From positions 605,690 through 669,689 of the forward strand of contig JAKMXF010000354.1 in the NCBI GenBank assembly GCA_024704765.1: DNA of 64,000 nt. The letters are read 5' to 3'. How positions within the stretch are numbered: position 1 is the stretch's first letter; the number at the start of each line of letters is the position of its first letter. A program made the position numbers and the translations under genes. Below, one piece after another: positions 23,127 through 33,876 of this stretch. This DNA comes from Oopsacas minuta. Taxonomy: Eukaryota > Animalia > Porifera. The notes beneath the pieces are model-generated. The model had not been told where the DNA came from. It saw nothing but the letters and a program-made list of their open reading frames with translations, and made no database searches.

Positions 23127-23720
23127 ATGAGAAATATGTTTAGAGTTTGTATCAGATTGCTATCTGGGAATAATACAGCTTCCAATAGCTCAGTACAGAA
23201 ATTGACTTTCTATGGCAGATGCTATAAGAAGAGTCCTACATTCACGTCAGCAGTTACTGGATGTATTCTATTTGCTCTCGGAGACATAGCGCGTCAACAA
23301 ATCGTAGAGAAAAAGGGTATAGCTCACGAATACAGTGAAACAATGAGAATGGGTACTCTAGGGCTTATATGGGTTGGTCCTGTGATTAACACATGGTACA
23401 TGATATTAGAGAAAAGTATAAAGATATCTGGCGTAAGAGGAGTGTTAATTAAGATTGCTTGTGACCAACTATTGTTCGCACCTATTTTAATACTAACAAT
23501 AGTTAATTTCCTGAAGAAATCTACTAACTACCAAGAGTTCAAACAAGTGATGTCGACTGAATATTTAACTGTACTTAAAACCAATTACTTATTCTGGCCA
23601 CTAATCCAGTTTATTACGTTTTCATTCATTCCGCTTAGTCTGCGTGTTGTGTGGGTTAATTCTATCTCAATAGTATGGAATACGTTCATATCTTGGGTAA
23701 TGTATGGAAAGAAACAGTAG
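23127..23720 (+). CDS. MPV17: Mpv17/PMP22 family mitochondrial inner membrane protein
   Basis: ALGDIARQQIVE, VGPVINTWY, KIACDQLLFAP, NYLFWPLIQFITFSFIPL, WNTFISW. First true ATG at 23127. Confidence 0.9.
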   Translation: MRNMFRVCIRLLSGNNTASNSSVQKLTFYGRCYKKSPTFTSAVTGCILFALGDIARQQIVEKKGIAHEYSETMRMGTLGLIWVGPVINTWYMILEKSIKISGVRGVLIKIACDQLLFAPILILTIVNFLKKSTNYQEFKQVMSTEYLTVLKTNYLFWPLIQFITFSFIPLSLRVVWVNSISIVWNTFISWVMYGKKQ

Positions 23721-24070
23721 AATTATGCTATTCTGTATTTTAGTTTTATATCCCATTTATCACTGAATTCACTTTATATGTACTAAGTATCAATTGGACG
23801 ATCTATTATTTTACAGCCCTAAAATAGTATTAACGCGTTAATTAAATGCTTCGTTTAAAGATTGGTCAAATATTTTACCCCGTTGTGCTACCAATATTCA
23901 TATGATCAACACTTATTAACGTTAATTAACGTTCCACATGTGGGACAACTCAGCCACTCTTGTTTTGGTGCCTCCAATTACTAATACCACTTTAAATCGA
24001 ATTTATTAAATGCCAAGCTGTAGGCACAGATTGTAATTTCTGATTATTTTACTTACTTATTCTGAATACA

Positions 24071-24769
24071 ATGGAGAGAACTTTCTTCTTTCCCCTAAGC
24101 AAGTCGGAGGAAAAGAAAGTTGATCCGTTTCTACAAATTGATATATTTGAGAAAGTTGATCCATCTTTTTCTCAATTCGTTTGGCCAGCAGCTCCCATTC
24201 TTGTTAAATTTTTGATATCTCGCAACCACGAAATTTGTAATCATAAGAACATATTAGAGCTTGGAGGTGGAGCTGGTCTCCCTTCAATTGCCGCTGCCAT
24301 GTTAGGATGCAATGTATTCCTTAGTGATCGAATAGACAGTACGGAATGGGAAGAATTGGCAAGACGTAATATTAAGGAAAATGAAGTAGAATCAAAGATT
24401 AGAATATTCCCAATTGAATGGGCAGAATTCACTGAAGAAATGTTTGAATTACCAAAGTTTGATTATATAATAGCTTCTGACTGCTTTTATGATAGGAATA
24501 TTTTTGAAGATTTGATTTGTACAGTTTCATTCTTTTTAACATTAAATCCGAGTTGTCGTTTCTGGACAACATATCAGAATAGAAGTGTAGGTAAGACCTT
24601 ATTTCTTGATACATTGTTCAGGAGATGGGGGTTAGAGTGTGATGAGATTCCTCTCCACTGTTTTGATGCTGATTATTTCTTTACTTCAAACGGCAGTGAA
24701 GGAAATGCTACTCCTGCAAATCATATTGAAGAAGAAAACTTTAAACTCTGGGAAATATACAAATGCTGA
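24071..24769 (+). CDS. METTL23: Methyltransferase-like 23 (family 16 protein methyltransferase)
   Basis: QFVWPAAPILVKFL, ILELGGGAGLPS, DYIIASDCFYD, FWTTYQNRS. Confidence 0.85.
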   Translation: MERTFFFPLSKSEEKKVDPFLQIDIFEKVDPSFSQFVWPAAPILVKFLISRNHEICNHKNILELGGGAGLPSIAAAMLGCNVFLSDRIDSTEWEELARRNIKENEVESKIRIFPIEWAEFTEEMFELPKFDYIIASDCFYDRNIFEDLICTVSFFLTLNPSCRFWTTYQNRSVGKTLFLDTLFRRWGLECDEIPLHCFDADYFFTSNGSEGNATPANHIEEENFKLWEIYKC

Positions 24770-25143
24770 ATTACTGTTTTAATTAATTATGATACAATTT
24801 TTTATTTTGTCTGTCTACGTGTTTGGGAAAGTGGTTACTTACGATAGATTAGCTTTTATCAAGAGTAATACTTTAGTTTCAATTCTTGTTAAAATAATGT
24901 GCTTTCATAATATTTTGAATTTTGATCACAAACTATTTATTCGTTATTACATAATGCATTTTGTTTCTTTTCCATAGGGATGTTCTTATTTAAATGAGTA
25001 GAGGGTGGAATCCTAGACATAGCTATGATACTAGGAAGTATGCGCACATAATGAAACATATACGAATTGAATATCACAACACAAATTAGGTCATTTTATA
25101 AGGTAGGGTATTCAAATTTTATGATTTAAGGTTGTGAAATAGA

Positions 25144-26583
25144 ATGTGTCAACATTTCGACAGTGATAACAAAGACATGCTTCATAACTACAAAATAGTT
25201 TATGAGTGCCTTGTAGAAAAGATCCATCCCTCCTGTCTCACACAGGAAGGCAGACGAATGATAGCACTAATGTGTATATGTCGAACTTGTAAGAAAGATG
25301 GGCCTACCATGCATGCCTGTCTGTCGTGTGTGTATCTAGCTTGTCACAACTGTACTGTTAACTGCAGTCACATTGTGGAGCATCTGCGTAAGAATCAGCA
25401 TCATTTCGCTGTTGAGCTTACCCAAGGAGAGCTATACTGTAACATATGTGAGGATTACATATACTCGAGTAGTTTCGATACTAAAGTATATCGTATTCTA
25501 GACAGATCTAAATTGAGACCTTGTAGACGTAAGCGGAACATCGGACTTGACTCATGGGAGCCTGACGTCAGAGATATAAAACTTCTACTTTTGAATACAA
25601 AGCAGATTAAGCTTGAGGCATCGAGCCTGTATGGACTACGTGGATTGTGTAACATGGGAAATACCTGTTTCATGAATAGTGTGTTACAAGCTATGATACA
25701 TACTCCTGTGTTAAGAGACTTCTTCCTTGCAGAACAACACATGTGTGTGACATATGCTGATTCTGAACACTGTGTTGTATGTGAAATGCGTAGTTTAGTG
25801 CAGGAATTTCATAATGGAAAACACTCTGCATTCGTTCCTTGCAAACTCCTGCAGTTAATTTGGACACATGCACACCATATGGCTGGGTATGAGCAACAAG
25901 ATGCTCATGAGTTCTTCATTGCTACATTAGATGTATTACATAGACATTTAGGTGGAAAGACTCCTACTGCTAACAGTCCACAATATTGTCAATGTGTAAT
26001 TGACACTGTATTTGCTGGGAAACTACAATCCGATTTAGGATGCGAGAAATGTAAACACACCTCCACAACTATTGACCCGTTTAGAGACATCTCTCTTGAT
26101 CTAGGGGCTGTAGCTGCTAAGCTAGTATCCTCTGGGAATTGTAGTAGTACACTAGATGAGTGTCTTAAGAGATTTACGAAAGCAGAAGATTTAGACTCAA
26201 GATGTAGTAAGTGTAAAGAAGGACAATTAATGAAAAAGCTAACTATTAAGAAGCTACCCATTGTTATGTGTTTTCATTTGAAAAGATTTGAACACAGTTT
26301 ACACACAAAGAAGATAAGTCAGTATGTCAAATTCCCAGAAGAATTAGATATATCTCCCTTCCTTGCACATAAATCTGACCGCTTGGAGAATTTATACTCG
26401 CTATTCGCAGTAGTTAACCATTCAGGCTGTGTACAGTCCGGTCACTATACATGTCATATAAGAATGTTCAAGGACTGGTTCCACTGTGATGACGCTGTAA
26501 TTTCACAAGTCTCTCTCTCTAGTGTTATGGAGAGTGAAGCTTATCTTCTCTTCTATCATCAAAATATCGTCAAATATTCTTGA
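25144..26583 (+). CDS. USP22: Ubiquitin C-terminal hydrolase 22 (SAGA DUB, nonstop)
   Basis: ZnF-UBP N-terminus; Cys box GLRGLCNMGNTCFMN; YEQQDAHEF; His box VVNHSG...SGHY; WFHCDD. Confidence 0.95.
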   Translation: MCQHFDSDNKDMLHNYKIVYECLVEKIHPSCLTQEGRRMIALMCICRTCKKDGPTMHACLSCVYLACHNCTVNCSHIVEHLRKNQHHFAVELTQGELYCNICEDYIYSSSFDTKVYRILDRSKLRPCRRKRNIGLDSWEPDVRDIKLLLLNTKQIKLEASSLYGLRGLCNMGNTCFMNSVLQAMIHTPVLRDFFLAEQHMCVTYADSEHCVVCEMRSLVQEFHNGKHSAFVPCKLLQLIWTHAHHMAGYEQQDAHEFFIATLDVLHRHLGGKTPTANSPQYCQCVIDTVFAGKLQSDLGCEKCKHTSTTIDPFRDISLDLGAVAAKLVSSGNCSSTLDECLKRFTKAEDLDSRCSKCKEGQLMKKLTIKKLPIVMCFHLKRFEHSLHTKKISQYVKFPEELDISPFLAHKSDRLENLYSLFAVVNHSGCVQSGHYTCHIRMFKDWFHCDDAVISQVSLSSVMESEAYLLFYHQNIVKYS

Positions 26584-26812
26584 ATATCAATGTTAATTGA
26601 TTTTCACAGATCAGAGAAATCAAAGATATTTTATATGGGTTTAGGCCAGTGAAGTGATTGGAGGATAGAGAAAGTTTCAATTCACGAGAACAATCCAGAT
26701 TCCGCGTTGTATCTTTCTTGTTATTATTTACTATATAATTTATAATTATACACATTCTTAGTAATTTTGATTAATTCAGGTTAGCCCATGGAATTATAAA
26801 TATTTGAAATCT

Positions 26813-26919
26813 TTAACCGAATAATTTCGGAAAAAATGTGTAATTTTATGACGTAAAAAAGGTGCTAAAATCTCGATTTGGGTGCGGGATTTGGTTGAAA
26901 CGAAGTGGTAAATTTTAGT
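26813..26919 (+). repeat. Dispersed ~105-bp repeat, copy A (upstream of NDUFA12)
   Basis: TTAACCGAATA...TTTTATGACGT...AAGGTGCTAAAATCTCGATT.GGGTGCGGGA.TTGG...ACGAAGTGGTAAA matches the reverse complement of 30907-31011. Confidence 0.85.
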
Positions 26920-26963
26920 GCCTCTGTCTGTAATATTATTTTACAATTATATGGACAGTTAGT

Positions 26964-27353
26964 ATGTTCTCTTGGTGGCGTACAATGCAGGAATCAGGAG
27001 GACTTTGGAACTCAATAAAGATAATTTATAGACGATCCGATCTGAGAGTAGGTACTTTGGTAGGAGAAGACGCGAATGGTAACAAATACTATGAAAACTT
27101 ACGCTATCAATTCGGGAGACATAGGTTTGTTGATTATAAACTGAAAGAATTCGACGCATCACAGGTTCCTCCTGAGTGGCACGGATGGCTCCATTATATG
27201 ACTGATAACCCTCCCACTAAAGTACCCCCCGTACCGAGAAAATTTCACGCAGAACACCAAGCAAACTGGACTGGTACAACCAAGGATTATGTCCCTTATA
27301 GCACTACAAGACCTAGAATACAGTCTTGGATTCCTCCTACTAATAAGCAATGA
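26964..27353 (+). CDS. NDUFA12: NADH dehydrogenase 1 alpha subcomplex subunit 12
   Basis: GTLVGEDANGNKYYEN...GRHRFV, ASQVPPEWHGWLH, YVPYSTTRPRIQSWIPP. Confidence 0.96.
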   Translation: MFSWWRTMQESGGLWNSIKIIYRRSDLRVGTLVGEDANGNKYYENLRYQFGRHRFVDYKLKEFDASQVPPEWHGWLHYMTDNPPTKVPPVPRKFHAEHQANWTGTTKDYVPYSTTRPRIQSWIPPTNKQ

Positions 27354-27456
27354 GTAATTTATATTAGTTGGTAATTATAAATACTGTAGTTATCCTTATA
27401 ATTCAATTGAACATTATACGTACAGTATTTTGAACTGTTATTTTAGCAGATTACAG

Positions 27457-28554
27457 ATGTCTTATAACCAAATAGTATGTTTGGGTGATCTAGAGAAACA
27501 TGCATCTCGTGTTCTTCCTAAAATGGCCTGGGATTACTACAGCTCAGGTGCAAATGGTGAAGTAACATTAACTGAGAATACCAATGCATTCCAAACGTAC
27601 CAAATATATCCTCATATACTACGCAGTGTTGGTACCCCCTCTCTTTTCACCTCTGTACAAGGTCATTCTATATCAATGCCTATATGTATTGCTCCTACTG
27701 CTTTTCATTGTATGGCACATCCTCAGGGAGAGAAGGCTACAGCTCGAGCTGCCGCATCAGCTGGTATTTGTATGTGTCTCAGTACTTTGAGTAATACTGC
27801 ATTAGAAGATGTAGCAGCTATTGGGAATGGATTAAGATGGTTCCAATTGTACATTCATACGGATAGACAAGCAACCTTGCAATTAGTTAGGAGAGCGGAG
27901 AAGTGTGGGTATAAGGCTATTGCTCTAACGGTAGACGCTCCTCTGTTAGGAAATAGATATGCTGATGAGAAGAATGATTTCTCTATCCCATCCCACTTGA
28001 AATGTCCTCATCTAGTAAATTTAGACAAAATTAAAGTTAAAACAGGCTCTAAGTTGAGTATGTACTTTGCTACTCTTCTCGAGAACAATTCCAGTTGGGA
28101 AGTAGTGCATTGGCTCAAATCTATAACTTCTCTACCCATAATAATCAAAGGCATCCACAGAGGTGAAGATGCCTTACTTGCTGTAGAGCATGGAGCTGAT
28201 GGGATATGGGTGTCTAACCATGGTGCACGACAACTTGACTCTGTACCAGCTAGTATAGATATGCTATATGAAATAGTACAGTATGTTGATCCTGATAAAG
28301 TAGAGATTTATTTTGATGGAGGAGTGCGATATGGTACTGACGTGTTGATTGCTCTAGCTCTGGGCGCCAGATCCGTGTTTGTGGGACGGCCTGCAATCTG
28401 GGGGCTGTCCTATGGAGGAGAAGAAGGTGTAACCTTAATGCTGGAGTTGTTGAGAAAGGAGTTGATACTAGCACTCACTTTATCTGGATGTAAGGATGTA
28501 CATTCTTTACCTAAAGGAATTGTTAAACGGAAATCTTATTTATCTAAACTATAG
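27457..28554 (+). CDS. HAO1: Hydroxyacid (glycolate) oxidase, peroxisomal
   Basis: WDYYSSGANGEVTL, IAPTAFHCMAHP, VSNHGARQLD, DGGVRYGTDV, C-terminal PTS1 SKL. First true ATG at 27457. Confidence 0.95.
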   Translation: MSYNQIVCLGDLEKHASRVLPKMAWDYYSSGANGEVTLTENTNAFQTYQIYPHILRSVGTPSLFTSVQGHSISMPICIAPTAFHCMAHPQGEKATARAAASAGICMCLSTLSNTALEDVAAIGNGLRWFQLYIHTDRQATLQLVRRAEKCGYKAIALTVDAPLLGNRYADEKNDFSIPSHLKCPHLVNLDKIKVKTGSKLSMYFATLLENNSSWEVVHWLKSITSLPIIIKGIHRGEDALLAVEHGADGIWVSNHGARQLDSVPASIDMLYEIVQYVDPDKVEIYFDGGVRYGTDVLIALALGARSVFVGRPAIWGLSYGGEEGVTLMLELLRKELILALTLSGCKDVHSLPKGIVKRKSYLSKL

Positions 28555-28668
28555 ATATTGAATTTTTATTAATTACCTTTTCCTTTCTTGTTATTCTATT
28601 ATTTTCAATGTTTTGATTGCTGCTTTGAGTATACATAGTAGACAATGAAATGAAAAATATTTAGAGAT

Positions 28669-30163
28669 ATGGCGAAGAGACATTGTGAGATCAAGATAGT
28701 TGGAGAGAGGAATACTCTAGAATCAATAGCAGGCTGGTTAAAGGGTACCCTATTTTTTGTAATTTGCTATTTCCCCAGTGCTATAGGTACAATATACTAC
28801 CTGTTGATATGGATGCCATTCATATTCATTCATCAACCAATACAACAGTTTTTCTCAGAACTATACATTAGTATGTGGTATCAATTAATTTCTGTAAGTT
28901 TTTATTTCAATTATTTATCAATTTTTTATTATACGCAAATATTACAATCTTTGTATTCTTCGATGTACAACTTTCAGATAATATTATGTGAGTTTGATTA
29001 TTTGCTATATTTGTTGTATATTTCAATATCTTATTTGTATTTGTAGCTATTTATGGCTGTAAGATTGTTATAACTGGAAATGCTACAAGATTCTCTGAGA
29101 AGAGTTTAATATTAATGAATCACAGAACTAGATTTGATTGGTTATTCCACTGGGCCCTAATGGATAAGCTAGGTTGTCAGAGTTATTCTAAAATTGTGTT
29201 AAAGAGTGGAATGAGGAAGTTACCTGGAGTTGGTATGTATGTACAGTATATTTCTGATAATATTGATACGTATAATTATTTACGTCACTGCATGTGCTAT
29301 TTAGGTGTTATGATGCAGATGTGTTGTTATATATATTTGAAGAGAAATTGGGATAGAGATAAGGCTTATGTTGAGCAGATCCTTTCGCACTACAGACAAT
29401 CTGGCAGGAAATACCAGATTCTGTTGTTCCCAGAGGGGACTAATCTCTCTCCAAACACTGTTGTAAGACATTATTCGCAGACAAATTATTAAACAATTCA
29501 AATCTTATATTTGACATTTTCAGGGTATTTCTAACAAATTCGCTGCAGCTAACAACCTAACAGAATACACATACACTCTACATCCTCGTTACACTGGATT
29601 TCTATTCTTTCTACAAAATCTATACAATCCTACTAATACACTGCCTAAAGATACACAACTGAATTCTGTGATAGATAGCACTGTAGGATATAAAGGGCAT
29701 TTCCTGGTAGATGAAAAGAGTCTTTTTTCAGTAAGTTTATTGCATTTCTATTTGTACTTTTTTATTACTTCATTGTCAATAATAGGGATATCTTCCTGAA
29801 GAAATCCACTTCCATATAAAGCAGTACAAAATGTCAGACATTCCATCCAGTGAGGAGGAGAGAGAGAAATGGCTGAGAGATTTGTGGAGAGAGAAAGAAG
29901 AGAGATTGAAGAAGTTTTATGAACAAGATTACTCTTTCGGTCCTGAAGTTAAGAATATACCTGAGAAGAGTTTATTCCTGAAATTACTGATACTAATATT
30001 TTGGACTTCTCCATTTCTCATAACATACTTACTCTGGTTACATTATCTTGAAATATTGCTGGCATTCTTACTACTTGTTCTAATATTTTACTACCTTCAG
30101 TACACATATGATGGATTGGAGAATTTGATAGCTATCAGATACTTCAAGCAGTTTGTAAGATGA
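28669..30163 (+). CDS. LCLAT1: Lysocardiolipin acyltransferase 1-like, copy a (6 exons: 28669-28893, 28978-28987, 29047-29232, 29305-29462, 29524-29730, 29786-30163)
   Basis: GT-AG introns give one continuous frame only if the 10-nt exon is included; motifs NHRTRFD, FPEGT, LHPRYTG; acyltransferase C-terminal WLRDLWREKE. Confidence 0.9.
28978..28987 (+). other. 10-nt microexon of LCLAT1a
   Basis: tttcAG|ATAATATTAT|GTGAGT; bridges the phase 0 end of exon 1 to the phase 1 start of exon 3. Confidence 0.85.
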
Positions 30164-30298
30164 AATAATTATGATCATTAGTAATTGCGATAGTTAATTA
30201 TAAATAATTAGTGGGAAACACATAATGTTCTATATCTAATTGACTAATTATTTGATTCTTACGAATAATATTTTGAAATCAATTGATATAGCTTTAAA

Positions 30299-31985
30299 AT
30301 GAAGAAACAGCATTGTGAAATTGTCTTCGTTGAAAAGATGTCGCTATTGAGTGTATTTCTCCGTCGTGTTCAAGTATACACAATTCTGACTATAATGGGC
30401 CTTACCACTAGTATAGGTTGCATATACTACCACTTTATATGGCTCCCAATTATATACATATATCAACCTCTACAGATATATGTTTGTGAAATGTTATTAG
30501 GAGGATGGTTACATTTTTGTACTGTAAGTTATGTTTGGTTCAAATCTCTATCTCAAGATTTATTTTCTTATTTTTTTTCTTCTTTAACAACAGATATTAT
30601 TTTGTAAGTTATTTTATTATAAATTCAATTTTTTCCTGAATAAGTTTCCTAAAATTAACTATTTCTTAGGCCTTATCAAAACAAAGTTCGTATTGACAGG
30701 CGATATCTCGAAGTTCCCCGATAGATCATTAGTTATAATGAATCATAGAACAATGCTTGACTGGATGTACTACTGGTGCCTCGTGGAAAAGATAGCCTGT
30801 CCGAGCTACTTGAAAATAGTCCTTAAGGATGATTTCAAAAACGTCCCAGGATTCGGTATATTTAACCGATTACGGCTGAAGTGTTACGTTCGTAACGAAA
30901 AGGAATACTAAATTTTACCACTTCGTGTTGACCAATTCCCGCACCCGAATCGAGATTTTAGCACCTTCTTGACGTCATAAAATCACACATTTTCCCGCTG
31001 TATTCGGTTAATATTCATAATTTCATTATTTACAACGTTTACACTTAATATCTGAATCGCTAATTCGCTCCCAATAACGTATTTATTGTAGGTTGGGCAC
31101 CGCAGTTTGCTGCATTTATCTTTCTGAAGAGAGTTTGGGAAAAAGATAGGAAATATTTGAACAAAATGCTCTCATTCTACACACTCTCTAAGAAGCCGTA
31201 CCAGTTACTAATGTTCCCTGAGGGGACTAACTTACATCCTGTTACAGTTGTTAGTAGATAATTAATTCGTTGATATTCTGTTTGATTATATTTATAGAAG
31301 TTATCTGTTTCTTTAGCCTAGATCAAACAAGTTCGCAAATGCGAATAACCTCCCTGAATACGAATATTCGCTTCATCCTCGCAGCACAGGGTTCTTGTAC
31401 GTTTTAGACAAGCTGCATCCTAGCTCTGAACAGTCTCATATTGACCGTATTGTAGACATCACACTAGGATTCAAAGGGAATATTCCACTCTATCCTGGGG
31501 TCTTATTATCAGTGCGTAATTGTGATTAATATTGAATCTTATCATATAAATGATATAATACAAAATTAATGCATAATTTGCGTTATATCTATTAGGGGTA
31601 TCTTCCTGATGAAGTTCACTTCCATATAAAACAGTACAAAATGTCAGACATTCCATCCAGTGAGGAAGAGAGAGAGAAATGGCTGAGAGATTTGTGGAGA
31701 GAGAAAGAAGAGAGATTGAAAAAGTTTTATGAACAAGATTACTCTTTCGGTCCTGAAGTTAAGAATATACCTGAGAAGAGTTTATTCCTGAAATTACTGA
31801 TACTAATATTTTGGACTTCTCCATTTCTCATTACATACTTACTCTGGTTACATTATCCTCTCATATTGCTGGCGTTTTTACTACTTGTTCCAATGTTTTA
31901 CTACCTTCAGTACACATATGATGGATTGGAGAATTTGGTTGTTAACAGCTATCTAAAGCAGTTTCATAATAATTTTGAGATATGA
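30299..31985 (+). CDS. LCLAT1: Lysocardiolipin acyltransferase 1-like, copy b (6 exons: 30299-30523, 30594-30603, 30670-30855, 31092-31249, 31317-31511, 31596-31985)
   Basis: Same intron positions and phases as copy a (exon 1 is 225 nt and exon 4 is 158 nt in both); motifs NHRTMLD, FPEGT, LHPRSTG. Confidence 0.9.
30594..30603 (+). other. 10-nt microexon of LCLAT1b
   Basis: aacAG|ATATTATTTT|GTAAGT; same length, position and phase change as in copy a. Confidence 0.85.
30907..31011 (-). repeat. Dispersed ~105-bp repeat, copy B (in LCLAT1b intron 3)
   Basis: Inverted copy of 26813-26919; absent from the shorter homologous intron of LCLAT1a. Confidence 0.85.
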
Positions 31986-32332
31986 GAAGTTTAATTAGGC
32001 TATTTTCTTTGATTCTATGGTGAGATTAATCTATTTATATTTACACAGCTTTCCCGCATGCGTAGTCTTCTACTTGTATTTTTAATAACTTTAATAAACT
32101 TATCGACACACATACTAGTACGTGTATGTTACGGAGGTTGTTGAGCCTTATATTCTTTTAATATGTAAAACTGTTGTGTACGTATATTTCTGTGTTGTGT
32201 TATTTCGTATTACCGAATATCTAGCTACAACCCTGTATGCACTTAAATAAGTGATAGTATGCCATGGCCGTGGTAAAGCTCTATAGTCCTAGATAATGTT
32301 ACTTGAAGCCTCAGACTTGGTTTTAGCAGTTA

Positions 32333-33373
32333 ATGTTACTATCCAGATATCCATGGTTGCATATCTTCACATATACTACATCTTATCGATACACTCGCAC
32401 AACCTGGAATTATTGTTACATTCCTAATGCCAGGATACATCGTTTATCAACTGGTTGGAGCATAAGTAAGAATTTGAACGAGTACAAGAAATGTTTAGAG
32501 CATCTACAGATTAGTGAAGGTTGTAGTTTAGAGGAAGCTAAGAGTGCTTACATTAAGTTTGCTAGAATATTCCATCCTGATTCGAAAGGTTCACGAGCAG
32601 ATTCAAAAAGATTTTCAGACATAAGAAATGCCTATTTAACTGTACTCAATTATAAACAGAATCAAAACGAATGGACAAACTCCCTCAAAGAAGAGGATTG
32701 GAATCCTGAATTCATTATAGATCATATTGTACCTCAACATCGACAGTATCTTGAGCTAGATGGAGTAGGGGGTCGTACTCTTAGTCAGAGACATAAATCC
32801 TTTCAGGAACAAAAGTTCTCTAAAGCTTTAGACTCAGTATATGAGCACCGTAAGAATGCTTCTTTGAAGAATGAAGATGAAACTACTGTGGGGTTTCATG
32901 ATCCGAGCGCTAAGAGAAAACTAGAGTATCAGAAACGACATAGAAGTTCTCAGACCTTAGTTCAACTTGCTGACGACCTAATCAGTCAGGCTATCAAGCG
33001 AGGAGAATTTGATAATTTGAAAGGAATAGGAAAACCATTGAAGCATTCGACACAGAATCCGTATGTAGATACACACACTAAATACTTAAATCAATTTCTA
33101 ATTAATTCAGGGCATACACTTGATTGGATTTCTCAAGAAAAAGAGATTAGAGAAGCTTATGCACTTATGAAAAAGGAATTAATTATGCTCCTAAAGAAAC
33201 ATAAAGGGAGATTGTCAGACGGTAATACTTTATTGATTCCATTTAAGGAACGTTTGAAAATCATAAATAAAATGATAGATGATTATAACCTGCAGGTACC
33301 TGTGTTGTCAATGCAGAAATTCCATTGTGATTTCCATAAAATTTACGAACAAGTATTGATAGAAGTTGTATAA
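32333..33373 (+). CDS. DNAJC28: DnaJ homolog subfamily C member 28
   Basis: J domain with HPD, followed by DUF1992-type LADDLISQAIKRGEFDNLKGIGKPL. Confidence 0.9.
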   Translation: MLLSRYPWLHIFTYTTSYRYTRTTWNYCYIPNARIHRLSTGWSISKNLNEYKKCLEHLQISEGCSLEEAKSAYIKFARIFHPDSKGSRADSKRFSDIRNAYLTVLNYKQNQNEWTNSLKEEDWNPEFIIDHIVPQHRQYLELDGVGGRTLSQRHKSFQEQKFSKALDSVYEHRKNASLKNEDETTVGFHDPSAKRKLEYQKRHRSSQTLVQLADDLISQAIKRGEFDNLKGIGKPLKHSTQNPYVDTHTKYLNQFLINSGHTLDWISQEKEIREAYALMKKELIMLLKKHKGRLSDGNTLLIPFKERLKIINKMIDDYNLQVPVLSMQKFHCDFHKIYEQVLIEVV

Positions 33374-33876
33374 TATATAATATATAGTGTGTTCTTGTGT
33401 GGCATGAAAGACACACTAAATTGATCTTGTGGGATACAATATTCTCTTGTCCATTATTCCATGCTGTAGCATTTATTTTATGTCATCAATGGTTGTATGA
33501 TGTTTTTTGTAAATTATTACCTATTTTAAGATGGGTTTCCATAATTTGGTAAATGCGTAAGTGTGTATAGATGGGCATTCTTTCTAATTAGTTACTATAC
33601 TCTATTACTGTTTCAGAGTGTAGCCTTTCATTTATCGCTATTGACATTCGAGTAGAAAGGCTGAAAGCCTGGCGATAAATATTCACGAATTTTCAGGTCC
33701 ACCCAAATAACTAAATTAACGCATACGTATTAACATCAAGAGCATATTTATAACTATGATACCTCAAACGTCTGAAGTAGCTGATGTTCTACAAAATATT
33801 TGCATGGAGAAGTAATATGTTACTTATCATATTTACCATTTAGTTATCATTTCAGTTTAGCTCTAATATTATTCTA

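Noticed and set aside
30876-30900. Hairpin GTTACG-TT-CGTAAC as a Helitron 3' end for the dispersed repeat
   Set aside because: No CTRR terminus at the expected distance, and the hairpin is absent from copy A.
29831-31985. ORFs 29831-30163 and 31641-31985 as a duplicated standalone small gene
   Set aside because: They are the last exons of the two LCLAT1 genes, joined in frame by GT-AG introns.
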